Origin: an uncultured delta proteobacterium
GTDB lineage: Bacteria; Desulfobacterota; Binatia; UBA9968
Assembly: GCA_963847445.1 (NCBI GenBank)
Contig: CAWJZV010000018.1
Coordinates: 1-64,000, forward strand
Direction: 5' to 3'
DNA length: 64,000 nt
The notes under the pieces are model-generated. The model did not search any database. It saw only the letters and a program-made list of their open reading frames with translations, and was not told the origin of the DNA. Both the position numbers and the translations under genes were made by a program. The first letter of the stretch is position 1, and each line of letters starts with the position of its first letter. Of the stretch, positions 57,782 through 64,000 are shown piece by piece.

Positions 57782-60008
57782 ATGGTTTACCAAGAGCGTC
57801 AATAGAGCAGTACCGCGCATCGAAGGTGCGGATAAAGTTTCCGGCAACATGCGCTACGCAGCGGACCTGAACTTCCCCGCCGCGTTGTCGGCGAAAATTC
57901 TGCGCAGCTCATTGCCCCACGCCCGCATCGTCAGCATCGACACCTCCAAGGCTGCGAAGCTGCGCGGTGTCCGTGGCATCATCACCGGCGCCGATGTCAA
58001 AGGCGTCATGGTCGGACTGCGCATGAAAGACATGCCGCTGCTCGCCGATGACAAGGTGCGCTACGCCGGCGAGCCGGTGGCCGCGGTTGCCGCGGACACC
58101 GACGAGATCGCCGAAGAGGCTTTGAATCTCATCGACGTGCAGTATCAAGAACTACCCTTCGTCACCGATCCCGTTGAGGCAACCAAAGCGGGCGCGCCGG
58201 TGCTGCACGACGATCCAATGTCCTACAAGAATGCCCCGGAGCGCGACATCGATCTGCCCAATGTGCAGTCCTACGGCAAATGGTCCAACGGCGATGTCGA
58301 CGCCGGCTTGCAAAAGGCCGCGCGCGTTTTCGAGCATACCTTCCGCACGCCGTTGGGATTTCACGGCTACATCGAGCCGCACGCATGCACCGTCGAGATT
58401 CATGACGACGGCCGCGTTGAAATCTGGGCGTCGAACAAAGCGCCATTCACACTGCGCGCTCGTTTTGCCCGCGATGTCGGCGTCGAGGAAGCGAAAGTCA
58501 AAGTTCACATTCTTCCGGTCGGCGGCGATTTCGGCGGCAAGACTTCGGTCGCCGAGGCGCCGATCTGCTATTTTCTCGCTAAGAAGACCGGCAAAGCGGT
58601 CCGCATGGTCTTGGAATACACCGAAGAGGTTACGGCCATTTCACACCGCCATCCGGCGGTGATCACGCTGCGCACCGGCGTCGATGGCGACAACAAGATT
58701 TGCGCCATGGCGATCAAAGCGGTGTTTAGCGGCGGCGGTTATGCGGCGCTCAAAGCCAACGCGGAAGTTACCGTCCAAGGCCCGCGCCGCGCGGCGAGCT
58801 ACTATCGCTTTCCGGCGATCCAAGTCGAAACCTTGTGCGTTTACACCAATCAAGTCCCCTGCACCCAGACGCGCACGCCGGGCAGCCCGCAGACTACCTT
58901 CGCCGTCGAATCTCAGATCGACATCATCGCCCGCGAGCTCGGACTCGACCCGGTGAAATTTCGCATGAACAATCTGCTCAACGCCGGCGATCCGACACCG
59001 TTCGGGCAAAAACTCCAAGGCATCGTCGTCAAGGAAACCCTGAGCAAAGCCCTCGAAGTTTCCGGCTGGAATAAGCCCAAGGCAAAGAACGTCGGCCGCG
59101 GCGTCGCCGTCTACGAACGGCCATCCGGCGCCGGCAAATCCGGCGCGGCAATCACCGTCGAAGCCGACGGCAGCCTGAGCGTTCATTTAGGCGTGCCCGA
59201 CGTCGGTCCCGGCATCCATACCGTGGTCCAGCAGATCGTCAGCGAAGTGCTCGAATTGCCCCGCGAGCGGGTGACGGTTCGCGTGCAAGACACCGACAGC
59301 TCGCCCTACGACTCCGGCACCGGCGGCAGCAAGTCGACCAACAGCGTCGGCACCGCCGCCTATCAAGCCGTCACCGAAGTTAAGGAAAAACTCATCGCCC
59401 TCGCGGCAATGAAATTTGGCTGCAAGCGCGAAGCGATCGCGGAATCGAAGGGCCGGTATAACGTGCCGGGGCAAAAGCCGATGTCATGCACCGACATGAT
59501 CCGCCACGCCGTCGCGCAGAACGGCGGCGCGCTGACGCACTTGAGTAACTACGAACCGGCACGCGCGCCGATCACGTCGTTTGCCGCACAGGTCGCCGAA
59601 GTCGAAGTCGACCCGGGCACCGGCCAGGTCAAAGTGACAAAACTCACGACAGTTCATGATTCTGGCACGGTCTTGAATCACTTGAGCTATACGGGGCAAA
59701 TCGACGGCGGCATCATCAACGGCTTAGGCTTCGCGCTGATGGAAGACAATTCGCTCGTCGACGGCAAGATGCCGACAGTCAACCTCGGCGAGTTCAAAAT
59801 GGCCAATATCGCCGACGTGCCGAAACTGACGACGGTGCTGATGGAAACTCCGGCGGGACCGATTCCCTATCAAGGCAAAGCCATAGCGGAAATTCCCAAC
59901 GTCCCGACCGCCGCCGCCATCGCCAACGCGATCCAAGACGCCTGCGGCGTGCGCATCTTGGATTTACCGATAACGGCGGAAAAGGTTTATGGGATGCTGA
60001 AGAAATAG
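57782..60008 (+). CDS. Xanthine dehydrogenase-family molybdopterin-binding subunit
   Basis: RIEGADKVSG, LRSSLPHARI, GGDFGGK, VEVDPGTG, GQIDGG, AAAIANAI. Confidence 0.93.
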
Positions 60009-60025
60009 ATTCGGAATCTGGCAAT

Positions 60026-60210
60026 TAACCGCAAAGGGCGCAAAAAACGTAAAAAGGAATTGAGTCTTGTAGGGGCGTGGTTTTAAACCCGCCCTCTAGG
60101 ATCCACCTATTGAACAGTTTACACCGAGCGCTGGGCCAACCGGGCGGCCAAATTTTACAATACCAACGGGTGAAATCAGAACCGTAGGGGCACCACCCTG
60201 TGATTGCCCT
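60026..60210. repeat. REP-like (GTAG-type) elements between convergent genes
   Basis: gtaggggcgtggttttaaacccgccct and gtaggggcaccaccctgtgattgccct. Confidence 0.6.
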
Positions 60211-60229
60211 TCTTTATTTCGCAACCGAG

Positions 60230-60521
60230 CTACACCGACTCGACAAAATACTGTTCCACCCGGGCAATGTGCCGGGCGGGATCGGGTTGCAGCGAACGCC
60301 GTTCGTCGGAGTGATAGAAAGCTTGATTCTGCGATCTCCCAATCGTCCGCAGTATCGCGGCTCAGAAACCAGACGAATTGGTTGGTCTCTTTCACCTTCC
60401 AGCCGCCACTGACGTGAAAACCAAACTTCTCTCGCAACGGCTTAATCTCGTCGCGCCACTCGCTGGCAAAAGCATCGAGACTGCCGCGATTGATGGTGTA
60501 GATATGAATCTGCGTCGGCAT
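60230..60521 (-). CDS. NIPSNAP family protein (frameshift near 60330)
   Basis: IYTINRGSLDAFASEW..PLREKFGF..NQFVW..DPARHIA. Confidence 0.75.
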
Positions 60522-60530
60522 GGGCGGAAT

Positions 60531-61670
60531 TTAGCGACCGGCTACTTTCCCTCTTTCACCTTCACGATCTGCTTGAGCAGATCGAACATCGGCGTCATGT
60601 CGGCGTACTTGGGATCGGAGACATCGAAATACCGTTTGCCGGCTTGCATGCGGTTGACCGGAACCAAGACGTCTTTGGGAATATCGGTGCGGCGTGAGTT
60701 GGGGGCGTCTTCGCCGTAGAGGTCCTGATGTTTTTGCAGGGCGATCTGGCCGCGGCGGGAGAGAAACCAGTTGACGAAGACCTTGGCCGCGTTGGGATTG
60801 GGCGCGCCTTTGATGAAGCTCATCGAGCCGCCGCCGGAGGTTAGCTGGACGCCTTCTTTCCAGTCGACGTTGTCGAGTTCGTCCACCGGCAGTCCTTGCG
60901 ACTTGGCTCGGGCGGTATCGCGGCATCCGACGCACATGGCATAACGTCCCTGCGCCAGCCAGTCGGTGATCTGCCGGCGGTCGCGGCCGTAGACCGGCTG
61001 CATATCACCGAAGAGCTTGCGGATATAATCCGCACCCAGACTCGGGATGATAGTAATAGAACTGCAACGACGCGCCCAACCCGGTCCCCAGCGGATCTTG
61101 CGAGACGTACTTCCCCTTCCACTTTGGATTGACCAGATCCCAATAAGATTTGATCTCCTTGGAGTTCACCATATTGGTGTTGTAATAAAAACCCGACGAC
61201 GACGGATTGGCGATGTAAATAAACACATGGCGCTGCTCAGGGTCGGTGTAGCGATGGCGCCCTTCCAACCATTTGGTTTCGTCGAGGACTTCGGGAAGAA
61301 GCAACAACGATTTGATCGAGTCGAGCGCCTTGCCTTCGTACAGGACTTCGTAGTTGGTATTGGCTCCGCCGCTGAAAAGATCGGCGACCACATGGCCGGC
61401 GCGGATCTCGGTGATGATCCTGGTTCCCAGCGAATTGCCCGCGCCGTTTACGGTCACCAGCTTGATCTCGGGAAACTCTTTACGAAATTCGTTCAGCAAC
61501 GGCTCGCTGCCGTAGCGGCCGACGTAAAAGTTCAACTTGCCTTCCTTCTTGGCCGCGGCCACGGTCTGCTCCCAGTTCGCTTGCCATGCCGGCTTGGCAT
61601 CGGCGGCAAAACCCGCCGACCCTGAAGTTAGAACCAGGAACGCCAATAGAGCCAATCGAATATTTATCAT
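60531..61670 (-). CDS. Extracellular solute-binding protein (Fe3+/thiamine-type ABC SBP), frameshifted
   Basis: AAAKKEGKL, YNTNMV, SYWDLVNPKWKGK, APNPNAAKVFVNWFLS. Confidence 0.88.
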
Positions 61671-61672
61671 AT

Positions 61673-62813
61673 TTATTTTCCCTCACGCCCTTTCATGAAT
61701 TCCTTGGTCAATTGATAGATCGGCGTCATATCGGAATGCTTAGCGTCGGAGAAGTCGAAGTAGCGCCGCCCTTCCACAAGCCTGCTCGCCGCCGGAAGAG
61801 CGTCTTTGGGAATATCGATGCGCCGCGAGTTGGGCGGGTCTTCACCGTAGAGATCTTCGTATGTTTGCAGGGCGATCTGGCCGCGGCGCGACAAAAACCA
61901 GTTGATGAACAGCTTGGCGGCGTTGGGATGCGGCGCGCCTTTGATCAAGACCGAGAGAACCGCCGCCGGACGAAACATGGGCGCCTTCCTTCCAATCGAC
62001 CATGTCCAGATCATCCACCGGCAGTCCCTGCTTGTTGGCCTTCTCCGAATCGCGGCAGCCCATGCACAACGCGAACTTTCCCTGGGCCAGCCAATCGGTC
62101 ATCTGGCGGCGGTCTTTCGAATAGACCGGCTGCTGATCGACAAACAGCTTGCGCAAGAACTCCGGCCCGAGCTCAGGATGATAATAGAAAAACTGCAACG
62201 ACGGCCCGATGCCGGTGCCGGTGGGATCTTGGGAAACGAATTTGCCTTTCCACTTGGGCTGGACCAAATCCCAGAACGATTTGAACTCCTTGGGATTGAC
62301 CAGGCTGGTGTTGAAATAAAGACTCGCCGAAGTCGGATTGGCGATGTAGATGAACACATGCTGCTGTTCCGGATCGTTGTAGCGGTGCTTGCCGCCGTAC
62401 CATTTGGACTCGTCGAGCACTTCCGGCAACAATCAACGCGGACTTGATCGAGTCGAGCACCTTGCCTTTGTAAAGAATCTCGAAATTGGTCACCGCGCCG
62501 CCACTGTAGAGATCGGCGACCATCGCGCCCGCGCGCGCTTCGGCGACAATGCGCGTGCCCAGCGAATTGCCGGCGCCGTTGGTGCTGACGATCTTGATCT
62601 CGGGAAACTCCTTGCGAAACTCGTTCAAGCAACTTCTCGCTGCCATAGCGGCCGACGTAGAGATTGAGCCGCCCCTCTTTCTTGGCCGCGGCGACCGTCT
62701 TATCCCAGTCGGCTTGCCACGCCGGCTTGCTCTCGGCCGCAAGAATCGATTCGATGGGCAGTGAGAAGTACCAACAGCAACATCGAAATGACGGACGATA
62801 TTCGGTCGTGCAC
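61673..62813 (-). CDS. Extracellular solute-binding protein, tandem paralog, frameshifted
   Basis: AAAKKEG, SFWDLVQPKWKGK, APHPNAAKLFINWFLS. Confidence 0.87.
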
Positions 62814-62920
62814 GAATTTCCATTCCTGAAACTGATGCAATCGAGCTTTAACTCGCCCTACTGGATATGGGTCAGTCCTACCGATCGTCTGAGCTCGCGA
62901 GGATCGTAATCTCCCACGCG

Positions 62921-64000
62921 CTACTTCTTCGCCGGCAGCACTTCGTCGAGCAATTTATAGAGCGGCTTCAAATCCTTGGTGTCGGGATCATCGGTGTCGA
63001 AATAGGCCATCTTGTCGCGCCGCGCTTGATTGGCCGGCACATGATCCTTGGGCACGTCGACGCGCCGCGAGTTGCGCGCGTCGCCGGGAATGCTGATCGA
63101 TTTTTTGAAACAGCGTCTGGCCTTCGCGCGACAGCAGCCAATTGATGAACACCTTGGCCGCGTTAGGATGGGGCGCGCGGTTCATCAGCGCCAGGGAGCC
63201 AAAGGCCGATGACAAGTTCACGCCTTCCTTGAAATGGAATGGGTTCGAACTCTTCCACCGGCAAGCCCTGATTCTTGGCCCGATGAATCTGGCCGCCCTG
63301 GATCGGCAGAATCAAGCTAAACTTACCCGCGCCCAACCAATCCACCGATTGGCGCAGGTCGGCGCTCATGGTCACGTCCATCTCGCTGAAGAAGCGGCGC
63401 AAGATACTTTGGCCCTAGCTCAGGACTGTAATAGAGAAATTGCCAGGGAATTCCCGCGCCGCGCACTCGGCGAATATCGCTGGAGAGAATTTTGCCTTTG
63501 AGCTTTGGATTGAACAAATCCCAGTAACTCTTGTACTCGCGCGGATCGATGAGCTGGGTGTTGTAAGGCCGCGCCGGCGCCGGCCGAGACATTGCCCTCG
63601 TAGACAATAACATATTCGCCTTCTTTGTCGGAGTACTTATGTTTGCCTTCCCACCATTTGCTGGTGTCCAACACTTCCGGGAGGATCAACGCCGGTTTGA
63701 TCGGGTCGAGCATTTTGCCCGACGTAAAGAGCTTGGTAGAGCGAGATCGCCGCCGCCGTTGTAGACATCGAGGAGATACTTGCCGGCGCGGCGCTCGGCG
63801 ATGATCCGCTGGGTCATATCGGTGCCCGCGCCGGTGATGCTAGTTGACCTTGATCTTGGGATAGGCTTTCTGAAAAACTCCGGATTCGATGACTGCGCCA
63901 TAACCGCCGATGGAAACGTTGACCTGCCCTTCCTGCTCCGCCGCCCGCACCGTGCGATCCCAGTCTGCCTGCCATTTCGGCGCATTCGGCGGCGTGCAGG
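62921..64000 (-). CDS. Extracellular solute-binding protein, third tandem paralog (5' end outside window)
   Basis: AERRAGKYL, SYWDLFNPKLKGK, APHPNAAKVFINWLLSREGQ. Confidence 0.85.

Overview
GC-rich bacterial chromosome segment. The gene content (many orphan substrate-binding proteins and amidohydrolases, a valS-nadC-birA-coaX-fusA cluster) suggests a Deltaproteobacteria/Binatia-like organism; this is inference. The sequence has many single-base indels that split even essential genes (valS, lpdA), most likely long-read errors, so many CDS boundaries below were stitched across frames by eye. Housekeeping core: fusA, coaX, birA, nadC, valS, tRNA-Leu(CAG), polyprenyl synthase, ubiE/menG, nuoB, thrB, tRNA-Met(CAT), lipoate ligase, aceE-aceF-lpdA, a 5'-3' exonuclease and tenA. 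The flanks carry uptake and catabolic genes. The most interesting signal is not in the ORF track: a minus-strand four-gene unit (53934 to 51766) bounded by two candidate selenoproteins. One is a secreted DUF411/CopG protein with in-frame UGA at the first Cys of the PTCxCC motif. The other is an unrecognised 73-aa protein with two in-frame UGAs (U-x-x-x-U), a strong RBS and a SECIS-like hairpin. Also notable: an ecotin-PliI dual-inhibitor fusion, a GxxExxY gene within seven related ~70-bp hairpins beside truncated sulfatase-maturation genes, and a hidden lipoprotein cytochrome c next to a DUF989/PuuD-like membrane protein. No selA/B/C/D genes are in the window, so Sec decoding is inferred, not shown.
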